Assembly (NCBI GenBank): GCA_964544155.1
Contig: CAZJAH010000005.1
Span: 13,420-77,419 of the forward strand
DNA from: an uncultured Hyphomicrobiales bacterium
GTDB lineage: Bacteria; Bacteroidota; Ignavibacteria; Kapaibacteriales; UBA2268
DNA: 64,000 nucleotides
Reading direction: 5' to 3'
Positions within the stretch are counted from its first letter, which is position 1. Each line of letters opens with the position of its first letter. The position numbers and the translations under genes were made by a program. The notes under the pieces were generated by a model, which searched no databases, was not told the DNA's origin, and was given only the letters and a program-made list of their open reading frames with translations. Positions 1-9,620 of this stretch are shown here, piece after piece.

Positions 1-194
1 AGGCCGCCAAGCCCTATTGAAAAACCGCCGCCGACGTCTGTCGCCACAACTGAGAGCCCCACATGGAAAGGCTTAATCGACCTGCCACCAACGTAGTAGT
101 CTTCGCGGTCTTTATTTTTCCTGAAAAAATAGATACCAACGAGGAAAACCAAAAGCATGTAAAACATGAAAATGGAATAATCAACGATACTCAT
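1..194 (-). CDS. Sodium:solute symporter (SSS family), N-terminal part; runs off the window start
   Basis: Manual translation from ATG at 194: [66 protein letters not shown]1 followed by DYYVGGR and S-x-x-A-T is typical of SSS transporters. Start overlaps the end of alr. Absent from the ORF track. Confidence 0.85.
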   Translation of the reverse strand, partial: MSIVDYSIFMFYMLLVFLVGIYFFRKNKDREDYYVGGRSIKPFHVGLSVVATDVGGGFSIGLGG

Positions 195-1371
195 GTGAAA
201 GCCCTGAGTTTTCCTTGTGTACTATTCTTCTCGGAATTTCCAGCGGAAGCCTGGTAAGCTGCTCATAATTCACATAGCGCGCCATATCTGAAAAGCTCGC
301 AACTGTAATTTCCTGCTTGCCCTGCCTTCCTATCAGCACAACTTCATCGCCTTTTTCTACAACCGGAATATTCGAAACGTCAACCATCATCATATTCATA
401 TTGACCATGCCCGCGACAGATGCTTTTCTGCCGCCGATGAGCACATGGCCCAGATTGCTCAACCCCCTGGGGAAACCGTGAGCGTAACCTATTGGTACTG
501 TGGCAAATTTCCTAGTGCGGGAAGTCATGTATGAATTACCATAGCCGATGAATTGCCCGGGCCTGACTGTTTTTAAGCTCATAACCCTGCTTTTCCAGGA
601 TAGAACCCTTTGCAGGGGGTCATGCTTAAACTTGCTGTCTTCCGTAAGCAGGTTGTACATACGGGTTTCCCTGCTTGGCCAGAATCCGTATTGCGCGATA
701 CCTATCCTTACGAGGTCGAGCATGGTTTCGGGGTATGTTAGAGTAGCGGCGGAACTCGCCACATGCCTGTACTTAGGGATAATATTATTATCCATGAGCA
801 GGCCGTAGTAGTGGTGGTACATATCCTTTTGCTTTTGTATCCTGAGGTAATTTGCCACGCTTTCTGCCCCGGCGAAATGCGTGCACACGCCTTCCACAAA
901 AATAAACTCGCGGTTTCTGTTTATTAGCTCTATTGCCTTTAAGATTTCGCTTTCTTCAAGGCCTGTCCGGTTCATTCCCGTTTCCAGCTCAAGATGTATC
1001 CGGGCGGCTTTATTAAGCTTTTTCGCTGCTTTGATAGTTTGATAAAGCCTATCCGGCTCAAAGATAAAATATGTCAGGTTATTTTCTATGGCCCAGTAGA
1101 GGTCTTCATTATCGATCATTGTCATGATCATAACATTCGTTTCGGGCTTTTTTATCTTCAGGGTGATCTCTGCTTCGTACGCGTCGGAAACAGCGAAGTA
1201 ATCAATTCCACACTGTTCCGCGAGCGGGAGGAAGTATTTTATCTTATGGCCATAAGCATTGCCTTTGATAACTGAAGTGAACTTAACATCCGGCCCCAGT
1301 TTTGTTTTCAGGAATCTGATATTCTTCGCAAGTGCGGTTTTATTCAGCTCTATATACGAGGTATTTTTCAT
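181..1371 (-). CDS. alr: Alanine racemase (PLP, fold III)
   Basis: [12 protein letters not shown]-lysine motif, [16 protein letters not shown] catalytic Tyr region, PIGYAHG. Confidence 0.9.
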   Translation of the reverse strand: MKNTSYIELNKTALAKNIRFLKTKLGPDVKFTSVIKGNAYGHKIKYFLPLAEQCGIDYFAVSDAYEAEITLKIKKPETNVMIMTMIDNEDLYWAIENNLTYFIFEPDRLYQTIKAAKKLNKAARIHLELETGMNRTGLEESEILKAIELINRNREFIFVEGVCTHFAGAESVANYLRIQKQKDMYHHYYGLLMDNNIIPKYRHVASSAATLTYPETMLDLVRIGIAQYGFWPSRETRMYNLLTEDSKFKHDPLQRVLSWKSRVMSLKTVRPGQFIGYGNSYMTSRTRKFATVPIGYAHGFPRGLSNLGHVLIGGRKASVAGMVNMNMMMVDVSNIPVVEKGDEVVLIGRQGKQEITVASFSDMARYVNYEQLTRLPLEIPRRIVHKENSGLSHEYR

Positions 1372-1399
1372 CTACGCGTATATTTGTTATCCCTTAAAT

Positions 1400-2548
1400 T
1401 CATTTAAAATCTTTCAGCAACTTAGAAAAAATCTCATAGAATATATTAACGCCGCTGTCAAGTAATTCATCGGGGAAATCATAATCCGGATTATGCAGCT
1501 GCCTGGTATCTACCCCCGCGCCAAGCCCGAAAAAGCCTCCGCGATAATTTTCAGTGTAATAGGCAAAATCTTCCGACCAGGGAAAAGGTTCGGGTTTATT
1601 CACGATTTCCACACCAAGGCTGCGGGCAGAATCTCTGATCAGTTTGACGCATTTATCATCATTCAGCATAGCCGGGAATACTTCAACCCATTCTGTTTCG
1701 TAATCAAGCTTATGTGCCTCGGCCAGTTTCCCCGTAAGATGTAAAGCGGCGGTGCTCATTTTTTCCATGTCTTCGTTAGTATGAGAGCGAAATGTAGCCA
1801 TTACTTCGGCGAATCCGGGTGAAGTTCCGAAAGCTTCCTCGCCGAGCCTCGCGTGGATAACGGTGATCAGAGCTGATGCCGAAAAGCCGGTTTCCATCTG
1901 CGGTATGGCTATAAGTCCGTTAATGAGCGATACCATAGCCAGTACGGGGTTTCTGCCGTTCTCAGGGTGGCCGGCATGGGAGGTTTCCCCCATCAGCCTT
2001 GCCTTAAATCCGTTCGAGGCTGATGCGAAAACTCCATCTCTGGCAATTATCGATCCTTTAGGATAGCCCGGCAGGTTATGCAGTCCGAAAATGTAATCCG
2101 GTTCAATATCTTTGAATTTTTCATCCCTGACGATAGCTTTGGCGCCGGCGGCAATTTCCTCCGCGGGCTGGAAAAGCATCACTGCCTCTCCGGCGAAATC
2201 GCCATGCAGAGCGCTTATCTTTTCCGCCAGGCCTAGCATTATCGTCATGTGTCCGTCATGGCCGCATTTATGGCCTACTCCAGCTTTCGTGCTTTTATGC
2301 GGAAAATCGTTTATTTCCTGTATAGGGAGCGCGTCCATATCAGAGCGGAACATTATACGCGGCCCGGGATTCTTCCCCCTGAAAATGGCTGCAACACCAT
2401 AGCCGCCGAGCTTTTCTATTAGCCCGGCGGGTTTTAGCGTATTGATCTTGTCAATAATGAATTTCGAGGTCTCGGCCTCATTGCCGGAAAGCTCCGGCAT
2501 ACTGTGTAAGTACCTGCGTATTTGAGGCAGGCTGCCTAATTTGCTCAT
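1400..2548 (-). CDS. M20D-family amidohydrolase (aminoacylase/hippurase-like)
   Basis: LHSMPELSGNE, RSDMDALP, HKCGHDGH, FQPAEE, SEDF, LHNPDYDF. Confidence 0.9.
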   Translation of the reverse strand: MSKLGSLPQIRRYLHSMPELSGNEAETSKFIIDKINTLKPAGLIEKLGGYGVAAIFRGKNPGPRIMFRSDMDALPIQEINDFPHKSTKAGVGHKCGHDGHMTIMLGLAEKISALHGDFAGEAVMLFQPAEEIAAGAKAIVRDEKFKDIEPDYIFGLHNLPGYPKGSIIARDGVFASASNGFKARLMGETSHAGHPENGRNPVLAMVSLINGLIAIPQMETGFSASALITVIHARLGEEAFGTSPGFAEVMATFRSHTNEDMEKMSTAALHLTGKLAEAHKLDYETEWVEVFPAMLNDDKCVKLIRDSARSLGVEIVNKPEPFPWSEDFAYYTENYRGGFFGLGAGVDTRQLHNPDYDFPDELLDSGVNIFYEIFSKLLKDFK

Positions 2549-2551
2549 TTA

Positions 2552-3652
2552 TTACACAACTTTCTTTTCAATAAATTTAGAATTCATAAGGCGGGCAACA
2601 CCCATATAATTAGGTGTGAAAATGATTTTGTCCCCTACCTTATATTTTTTTCTTCCTGATTTCGTGAGGTTTTTGCCAAGATCATATACAGTCAGGTCGG
2701 ACGTAGTTCCGATGAAATTGACATCTGTATCATTTGCCTCGATTTCATTAACGTCCACGTCGAGTATGCCGAAGTCAAGTATTGCTTTATAGCTTGTGCC
2801 GTCTTCGCGGCCGTTCAGGTCTTCTTCGGAAATGTGGCCTATGCTGGCTTCACTGATGATTCCGTCAGGGACATATTCTTTTTCTTCGAGTTCGAGTATA
2901 TTTGATTCATACTCAAAGCAATCCATCGATAAGTTCCTGAACTTCTTATTATCATAAGGTGAAGTTCCGAGGAACGCGGCTTCACCTATTCTGAAGTGAT
3001 TTACCGCCACGGGTATCTTCTTCTGACTCACAAGGGGCAAGGTAATTGAGCTTCCGCCTGAAACAAGTTCCATTTTGCGGCTGAACATCTGCTCGAGAAG
3101 TTGCTTATAGAGCGAAAGCTGTATGAGCTTGTCGTAAGTGGGCTCTACTCCGTACATGCAGCCCAGGTTCGTCCCTATACCGGCAATTTTGATATTGCTC
3201 AGCTCGAATACACTTTTATAGAATTCTACCAGATTATCCCTCATAATTCCTTCTCTGAGTTCGCCGAGCTCGATCATAATGATGATCTCATGTATTTTAT
3301 CCTGTTCAAGTGCCTCTTTGTTCAGAGATTCTATAGTGGAAAAGGAAGTATTGAGTGAAATATCGGCAAACTGCACTACCGATTTCGCATGCTGGATAGC
3401 CGGTGGCTTAATGTACATTGTTCTGATCTTTGGATTGATCTGCTTTATTACTTTTAAACTCGAGAGCCTTGAATCTCCTATCGAATGTACTCTTTGTATC
3501 TCTTCGCTTTCCATAACCTTTTCGAGTGCGCCTTTATGGCCGCAAAGTATCTTTGTAATAAGCGACCATTTGATGCCGTGCTTTTCAAGGTGATCATTGA
3601 TTTTTTTAATATTCTGGACCACATGCCTTGTTTTAATTTTTAGGTCTGCCAT
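2552..3652 (-). CDS. Alanine/ornithine racemase-family PLP enzyme (Orr-like)
   Basis: ITKILCG (PLP Lys), GDSR, IELGELREG, GTNLGC, SGGSS, HFRIGE, TSDL. Confidence 0.85.
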   Translation of the reverse strand: MADLKIKTRHVVQNIKKINDHLEKHGIKWSLITKILCGHKGALEKVMESEEIQRVHSIGDSRLSSLKVIKQINPKIRTMYIKPPAIQHAKSVVQFADISLNTSFSTIESLNKEALEQDKIHEIIIMIELGELREGIMRDNLVEFYKSVFELSNIKIAGIGTNLGCMYGVEPTYDKLIQLSLYKQLLEQMFSRKMELVSGGSSITLPLVSQKKIPVAVNHFRIGEAAFLGTSPYDNKKFRNLSMDCFEYESNILELEEKEYVPDGIISEASIGHISEEDLNGREDGTSYKAILDFGILDVDVNEIEANDTDVNFIGTTSDLTVYDLGKNLTKSGRKKYKVGDKIIFTPNYMGVARLMNSKFIEKKVV

Positions 3653-3665
3653 TATAATTTTCTGC

Positions 3666-4109
3666 TTATTTAGTAAATCTCATTTCAGCGTATTTGTTAG
3701 TAAATCCAATCCTTTCATACAGCCTTTTGGCAGGATTGTCATATTCCACGTGGAGCTTGACATCTCCGTCGCACATCTCGATGCATTTTTCGCAGAGCTT
3801 TCGGCCTAATCCTTTTCCTCTGGCGTCTCTGTGAACAGCTACATAAACGAGTATATTAGTAGGTATGTATCCCTCAGTTCTTATTTTATTGTGTATGAGT
3901 GCCCCCAGTAGTTTTCCGTCTTCAAATGCCGCTAAGGCAAATCCGCCTTTGCCCGGTTCATCCGAAAAAGCGTATGAAAGACAGTTATTAATGGCATCTT
4001 TGGGATCTCCGAACTTATCTAAATGCTCATATAAAAAATCAATGAACTGCTCTCGGGTAAAATCTCCGTTAAAATCCTTCTCACTGTGAATTTCTTTGAT
4101 TTCGATCAT
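3666..4109 (-). CDS. GNAT-family N-acetyltransferase
   Basis: VAVHRDARGKGLG acetyl-CoA motif A, NPAKRLYERIGF motif B; GGAGG SD upstream. Confidence 0.9.
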   Translation of the reverse strand: MIEIKEIHSEKDFNGDFTREQFIDFLYEHLDKFGDPKDAINNCLSYAFSDEPGKGGFALAAFEDGKLLGALIHNKIRTEGYIPTNILVYVAVHRDARGKGLGRKLCEKCIEMCDGDVKLHVEYDNPAKRLYERIGFTNKYAEMRFTK

Positions 4110-4212
4110 TTTTCCTCCAAATTATGTAAACTTCCTACTTATACAAATGTTACTATTAATCTATAAAAACGTCATTATATACAAATTATGATTTACTTCT
4201 CTTATGAACGGG

Positions 4213-4263
4213 AACGCTTAACCCCCGGCCTGGTGAAAACGCTTAACCCACCGGCCTGGTGAA
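4213..4263. repeat. Tandem direct duplication of a 25/26-bp unit
   Basis: AACGCTTAACCCCCGGCCTGGTGAA (4213-4237) directly followed by AACGCTTAACCCACCGGCCTGGTGAA (4238-4263). Confidence 0.9.
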
Positions 4264-4353
4264 TTAGAAAACAAGCCGATTTTTGGCCGTTTTTATATTA
4301 AGCGCGTTTTTTGCTGTATTTTTTTTTGAATCTTCTGAATTCTGACAAAAGTC

Positions 4354-4369
4354 AGGCATAGAAATTGCT
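4354..4369 (+). promoter_or_regulatory. Putative sigma54 (-24/-12) promoter for the macA/macB/tolC-like operon
   Basis: AGGCATAGAAATTGCT: GG-N10-GC with GGCA and TTGC, about 155 bp upstream of the ATG at 4524. Confidence 0.55.
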
Positions 4370-4523
4370 TATTTTAAAAGACATATATTCACAAAATTAT
4401 GAATAAAAATTCAATTAAAGAAATACAGCTTTATTATATAAAGGATTAATGGCCATTAATTATGGGCAAAGGCTGTATTCATTTTTACGAGACTGATTTT
4501 TTCTAATTCAAAATATAAAAATC

Positions 4524-5792
4524 ATGAAAAAAATCATTTTACCGGTAGTATTATTGTCAGCCCTGGCTGCGGCGGCAGTCTGGTATTTTTATTTTAGGGC
4601 AGACGAATTCGTTGACGAGCTTACCATAAAGCCGGAAAAAGGCGAATTTGTCCTCACCGTGATGGGTACAGGCGAGCTGCAGGCAAAGAACTCCATAGAC
4701 ATAAAAGGCCCTTCCAGGGCGCAGATGCTAAACATCTACCAGCTAAAGATATCTAAGCTGGTGCCCGAGGGTACTATCGTTAAAGAAGGCGACTTTGTAG
4801 CCGAACTGGATCAATCCGAAGTGCTCAACCAGCTCAAAGAGCTGGACCTTTCTATTGACCAGAGGCGCTCAGAGCTGCAGCAATCAAAGATCGATACCAC
4901 TCTGGAGCTATCCCAGGCACGCGACCAGCTCATAAACTTAAAGTTCAGCCTTGAGGAAAAAAAGCTCATGGTAGAGCAGTCCATGTATGAACCGCCTACA
5001 GTTATCAGGCAGGCCGAAATTGATTACGACCGTACTCTTAGAAGCTTCAATCAGTCACTCAGGAACTACGACCATCAGGTCAAAAAAGCCGAAACCAAGG
5101 TGAGCATACTCCAGACCAGGCTGAATATGGAGCTTCAGAAAAAAGCACAGATAATGGAAATTCTCGAAGAATTCACCATAACCGCACCGGCTCCCGGTAT
5201 GGTAATTTACGCCCGGGAATGGGGCGGAAGAAGAAAAGTCGTAGGCTCGACTATTTCGGCATGGAATCCAACTGTCGCTAAGCTGCCCGACCTTTCACAA
5301 ATGGAATCCCTGACGTATATAAACGAAATTGACATTCAGAAAATTAAAAAAGAACAAAATGTAAATATAAGCCTTGACGCCCTGCCCGATAAAAAGCTCA
5401 GCGGCAAGATAATAAAAGTGGCAAATATAGGAGAGCAGCTTCGCGGAAGCAACTCTAAAGTATTCGAAGTGATTATCGACATTGAGCAGAAAGATACTAC
5501 CCTGCTTCCTGCCATGACTACAAGTAATGAAATCATTGTCAGCAAAGTCCCCGGAGCGCTGTACATACCCCTGGAATGCCTCCACGCCCTTGAGCAAAAG
5601 GAAGGCAAGCTTACTTATGTTTACAAAAAAGACGGTTCAGCTATTATCCGTCAGGAAGTATTAACTGGAATGATGAACGACAACGAAGTCATTATCGAGG
5701 ATGGACTTAACGCTGAGGACGAAATCCTGCTAAGCGTCCCTGTCGAAAACAAAAATTACGAAATCCACTATCTGAAAGATAAAAATGCTTAA
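4524..5792 (+). CDS. Periplasmic adaptor / membrane fusion protein (MacA/HlyD-like)
   Basis: N-terminal TM, lipoyl-like VPEGTIVKEGD, long coiled coil, ITAPAPGMV, INEIDI. Confidence 0.88.
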   Translation: MKKIILPVVLLSALAAAAVWYFYFRADEFVDELTIKPEKGEFVLTVMGTGELQAKNSIDIKGPSRAQMLNIYQLKISKLVPEGTIVKEGDFVAELDQSEVLNQLKELDLSIDQRRSELQQSKIDTTLELSQARDQLINLKFSLEEKKLMVEQSMYEPPTVIRQAEIDYDRTLRSFNQSLRNYDHQVKKAETKVSILQTRLNMELQKKAQIMEILEEFTITAPAPGMVIYAREWGGRRKVVGSTISAWNPTVAKLPDLSQMESLTYINEIDIQKIKKEQNVNISLDALPDKKLSGKIIKVANIGEQLRGSNSKVFEVIIDIEQKDTTLLPAMTTSNEIIVSKVPGALYIPLECLHALEQKEGKLTYVYKKDGSAIIRQEVLTGMMNDNEVIIEDGLNAEDEILLSVPVENKNYEIHYLKDKNA

Positions 5793-7119
5793 AATATTCT
5801 TCTACAATTTCAGGGTAGCAGTTGAATCTATGACGCAGAATAAGCTCAGGGCCGTGCTGACATCCCTGGGAATCATATTCGGTGTGGGCTCGGTTATTTC
5901 CATGCTGGCTATAGGAAAAGGAGCCGAATTTGAGATTGTAGAAAAAATGAAGCTGCTCGGAACGAATAATATAATCGTCAAACCTATTGATAAAAACAAG
6001 CCCCGGCCAATAGGCGAAGAAACCGAAGAAGAAACCGAATCAACCGACAAAAAGCAATCAGGCGCCAAAAAGTATTCACCGGGGCTTAGCCTGGAGGATA
6101 AATTAAGCATCGAAAACGTTATCCCCGATATTAGGTACGTAAGCCCTGAGATAGTACTGCCCACAGAAGCCATCAGAAGCGGTAAAAGCCGCGAGATTAA
6201 CCTTGTAGGCATAGACAGCTCCTATTTTCGGGTTAATGCTTCAAGAATTAGCAGTGGTTCGAGCTTCACGCCTTACCATGAAGAAAGGCCAGTTTGTATC
6301 ATAGGTCAGAAAATTGCCATCAGGCTATTCGCCGGTGAAAATCCCGTCGGCAAAAGGATCAAATGCGGAAAGGAATGGCTAACGGTTATTGGTATTACCG
6401 GCGAACTGAAGCTAAGCAATGAGAATATTTCAAACCTGGGCCTTAGAGATCTGAATAATGATATTTATGTACCTATCAACACAATGCTGCTAAAATTCAT
6501 TAACCGCTCATTAATTACGGAAGAAGACCTCGACAGAAGGCAACAAAATGAAAATATTGAGATAAACAACCACCAGATCGACAGGATGGTTGTACAGGTT
6601 GAAAACACAGAAAAAATTAAAACAGTTGCAGCAGTAATTGAAAACATGCTGTTAAGAAGGCACAATGACAATAAGGATTTTGAAGTAATTGTACCTGAAC
6701 TGCTTTTGGAGCAGGAGCAGAGCACCAAAAGGATATTTAATATAGTCCTCGGAGCGATCGCATCCATTTCACTGCTGGTCGGTGGTATCGGTATCATGAA
6801 TATCATGCTTGCTTCTGTACTCGAACGGACAAAAGAGATTGGCATAAGGAAAGCAGTAGGAGCCAAAAGAGCAGACATATTACTTCAATTTCTGATCGAA
6901 GCCGTCAGTATAAGCCTGACGGGCGGCCTGATAGGTATAATAATAGGTGTAGGAGGCAGTATTTTGATTGAATCACTTACTGATATACAGACCATAGTAT
7001 CGCCATTTTCAGTAGCCCTGGCATTTTTGGTATCTATCAGTATTGGCCTTATTTTTGGAATTACGCCCGCTCGCAAGGCGGCACAACAGGATCCTATCGA
7101 TCTTCTGAGGTATGAATGA
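5785..7119 (+). CDS. MacB/FtsX-like ABC transporter permease (no NBD)
   Basis: LRAVLTSLGIIFGV, GGIGIMNIMLASVLERTKEIGIRKAVGA, PARKAAQQDPIDLLRYE. Confidence 0.92.
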   Translation: MLKIFFYNFRVAVESMTQNKLRAVLTSLGIIFGVGSVISMLAIGKGAEFEIVEKMKLLGTNNIIVKPIDKNKPRPIGEETEEETESTDKKQSGAKKYSPGLSLEDKLSIENVIPDIRYVSPEIVLPTEAIRSGKSREINLVGIDSSYFRVNASRISSGSSFTPYHEERPVCIIGQKIAIRLFAGENPVGKRIKCGKEWLTVIGITGELKLSNENISNLGLRDLNNDIYVPINTMLLKFINRSLITEEDLDRRQQNENIEINNHQIDRMVVQVENTEKIKTVAAVIENMLLRRHNDNKDFEVIVPELLLEQEQSTKRIFNIVLGAIASISLLVGGIGIMNIMLASVLERTKEIGIRKAVGAKRADILLQFLIEAVSISLTGGLIGIIIGVGGSILIESLTDIQTIVSPFSVALAFLVSISIGLIFGITPARKAAQQDPIDLLRYE

Positions 7120-8588
7120 TAAGGTATTTGATAATATCGGCAGTAGTTTTTTTTTCAATAATAAATAATTCACTTTCGGTAGAATACAATTTTACCCTTG
7201 AAGAATGTATTGAATTCGCAAAAAACAAAAGCCCTGAAGCTGTTATAGCAAAGAACAACTATTTGAATAACCTGTATTCTTACGAATCATTCAAAGCTGG
7301 TTATCTGCCGCAGCTTTCATTATCGGGCTCAGGTCCGGGTATTTTTCGTGCCATCGACCAGATCACGCTCGATGACGGATCAATCATTTATACCCAGCAA
7401 AATAGAAGTACGGCTTCAATGGACATGTCTATAAGCCAAAGGATTGCCTTAACCGGCGGTGAATTCTTTATCTCAAGCGGAATAAGCAGAATAGATATAT
7501 GGGGAAGCCGCGATGATTTATTTTATAGAGCCACTCCGATGCAGATTAGCCTCAGCCAGCCCCTTTTCCGGCATAATGATATGGGATGGCAGCATAAGAT
7601 CAGAGACCTGCGCAATCTCAATTCAAAGAAAAAATTTACAGAATCAATTGAAGATCTTAGTATTAACATCACTGATGCTTTTTTTAATCTTTACATTTCC
7701 GAAATGAATCTTGCAAATGCACGGTTCAATGTTGAGATCAACGATACACTTCTGGCTCTTTCGCAAGGCAGGTACTCGGTGGGAAAAATTGCTGAAAATG
7801 ACCTGCTGCAAAGCGAGCTTGCGGCTACACAATCCCGCATTGAACTTGAACGCTCCGAAATGAACTTCGCAGAAGCACGCGAACAGCTTAAAATAAGCCT
7901 TGGCATGAATAATGACGATGTAATAAATATAATTCCGGAAACTGAGGCCGAATTTCCGGCTATTAATGTTGATATTGCCATAAACAAAGCTCTGGAAAAC
8001 AACTCCACAATAACCGACCAGAATATAAGCAAAGTCGAAGCCGAAAGAAATCTCCAACAGGCTAGAAGCAACAATAACTTCACTGCAAGCCTTACAGCGA
8101 GTTTCGGATTGAACCAGAGTGCCGGGAACCTGCCTGAGGCTTACCGGGAACTGCTCGACCAGGAAAGGCTGGATCTCACTTTCATGGTACCCCTTTATAC
8201 ATGGGGCAAGGGCTCGGCCGAGATTGATGCCGCACTTGCCAATGAGGAAGTAGTAAGAACCGAAAATGAAATAAACCGCGATCAGTTTATTTTGAATGTT
8301 AAATATCAGGTTCTCAGGTTCAATCAGCTTCAGAAACAGGTTATTATTGCCGCAAAAGCTGATACTATCGCAAAAAAAAGATTCGAGCTTGCAAGAAAAA
8401 GATATATGGTCGGCAAAATTGACCTGAACTCCCTTTTTATAGCCCAAAGGGAAAGGGATAACGCTTTTCAGTCCTATATACAAACGCTTCGCAGCCTCAA
8501 GGTGGCTTATTACAGGCTCCGCAGATTAACACTTTTTGATTTCAGGGAAGAAAGAAATATTGAACATCCTGTACCCGGCCGCTTTTAA
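7116..8588 (+). CDS. TolC-family outer membrane channel
   Basis: Signal peptide, two OEP repeats (YLPQLSLSG, RYSVGKI, RYMVGKI); start overlaps the permease stop. Confidence 0.88.
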   Translation: MIRYLIISAVVFFSIINNSLSVEYNFTLEECIEFAKNKSPEAVIAKNNYLNNLYSYESFKAGYLPQLSLSGSGPGIFRAIDQITLDDGSIIYTQQNRSTASMDMSISQRIALTGGEFFISSGISRIDIWGSRDDLFYRATPMQISLSQPLFRHNDMGWQHKIRDLRNLNSKKKFTESIEDLSINITDAFFNLYISEMNLANARFNVEINDTLLALSQGRYSVGKIAENDLLQSELAATQSRIELERSEMNFAEAREQLKISLGMNNDDVINIIPETEAEFPAINVDIAINKALENNSTITDQNISKVEAERNLQQARSNNNFTASLTASFGLNQSAGNLPEAYRELLDQERLDLTFMVPLYTWGKGSAEIDAALANEEVVRTENEINRDQFILNVKYQVLRFNQLQKQVIIAAKADTIAKKRFELARKRYMVGKIDLNSLFIAQRERDNAFQSYIQTLRSLKVAYYRLRRLTLFDFREERNIEHPVPGRF

Positions 8589-8782
8589 TCGATTATATTA
8601 AATATAGTTCACAATAAAACAATCCAATCTCCGCCCTATTACTCATTGTTAAGATATGGTTAGATTATTAACATAAACCGGTATTACATCTTAACAGTGA
8701 CTGATTAAATAATAATAGCAAATTAATTATTTATGATTTTTTTTTAATTTTAATGCCTAAATATTGTTATATTGCAATTAAA

Positions 8783-8798
8783 TGGCATTTTTGATGCT
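8783..8798 (+). promoter_or_regulatory. Putative sigma54 (-24/-12) promoter for the inositol cluster
   Basis: TGGCATTTTTGATGCT: TGGCA and TGC with exact GG-N10-GC spacing, about 100 bp upstream of the ATG at 8897. Confidence 0.5.
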
Positions 8799-8896
8799 AT
8801 TATTGTGTGGATTGTGTTAGTTTTTGGTGAACATTTAAAACGATTAACCGTATTCAATAATTAACACTCAGAATAAAGAGGAGTAATAAACTAGGA

Positions 8897-9601
8897 ATGG
8901 ATTTTGCAATAATCGCAGCTGGTGAAGGAAGCAGGCTAAAGGAGGAAGGAATTGACTTCCCAAAAGGCCTTGTAAAAATAAACGGCAGGCCTATGATAGA
9001 AAGGCTTGTCGAGATAGCCGCAAGGCATGGTGCCGATTCACTTAGCTGCATCGTTAACGACCATTCGCATGATCTGCTGGGATGGTTTGTTAATAACAAT
9101 CATCCGATAAAAATCAATCTTACCGTTAAAAGCACCGCCAGTTCCATGCACAGCCTTTTCGAGCTGAGACGGTTCCTCGAAGGCAGGGATTTCTGCCTTA
9201 CAACTGTAGACACAATTTTCAAAGAAGATGAATTCAATGATTTCATCAACTATTGTAAAAATAATAATGGCAAGGCAGTTATAGCCGTAACGGATTATAT
9301 TGACGACGAAAAGCCGCTTTACACAAGGATAGACAACGATATGAATATCCTGTCCTTTGATGACGAAATCAATGGCCATACATATGTAACCGGCGGTATT
9401 TACTACCTCCCTGGAACAATATTCGGCCTTCTAGAAAAACTAATAAATTCCGGCGAAATGCACCTCAGGAATTTCCAAAGATCGCTGATCAGCGCCGGAT
9501 ATGAAGTTAAAGCATGGCCTTTCACAAAAATAGTAGATGTGGATCATATCAGCGATATAAAGGCAGCCGAAGAATTTGTTTCGGCTTACACCAAATATTG
9601 A
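8897..9601 (+). CDS. NTP transferase (inositol-phosphate cytidylyltransferase/LicC-like nucleotidyltransferase)
   Basis: AIIAAGEGSRL...PKGLVKING, TVD, DVDHISD; GGAG-like SD; clustered with MIPS. Confidence 0.8.
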   Translation: MDFAIIAAGEGSRLKEEGIDFPKGLVKINGRPMIERLVEIAARHGADSLSCIVNDHSHDLLGWFVNNNHPIKINLTVKSTASSMHSLFELRRFLEGRDFCLTTVDTIFKEDEFNDFINYCKNNNGKAVIAVTDYIDDEKPLYTRIDNDMNILSFDDEINGHTYVTGGIYYLPGTIFGLLEKLINSGEMHLRNFQRSLISAGYEVKAWPFTKIVDVDHISDIKAAEEFVSAYTKY

Positions 9602-9620
9602 AAAAAACTCAGGTAAAAAA

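Noticed and set aside
4213-4263. Possible mini-CRISPR array
   Set aside because: Two abutting copies with no spacer and no cas genes in the window.
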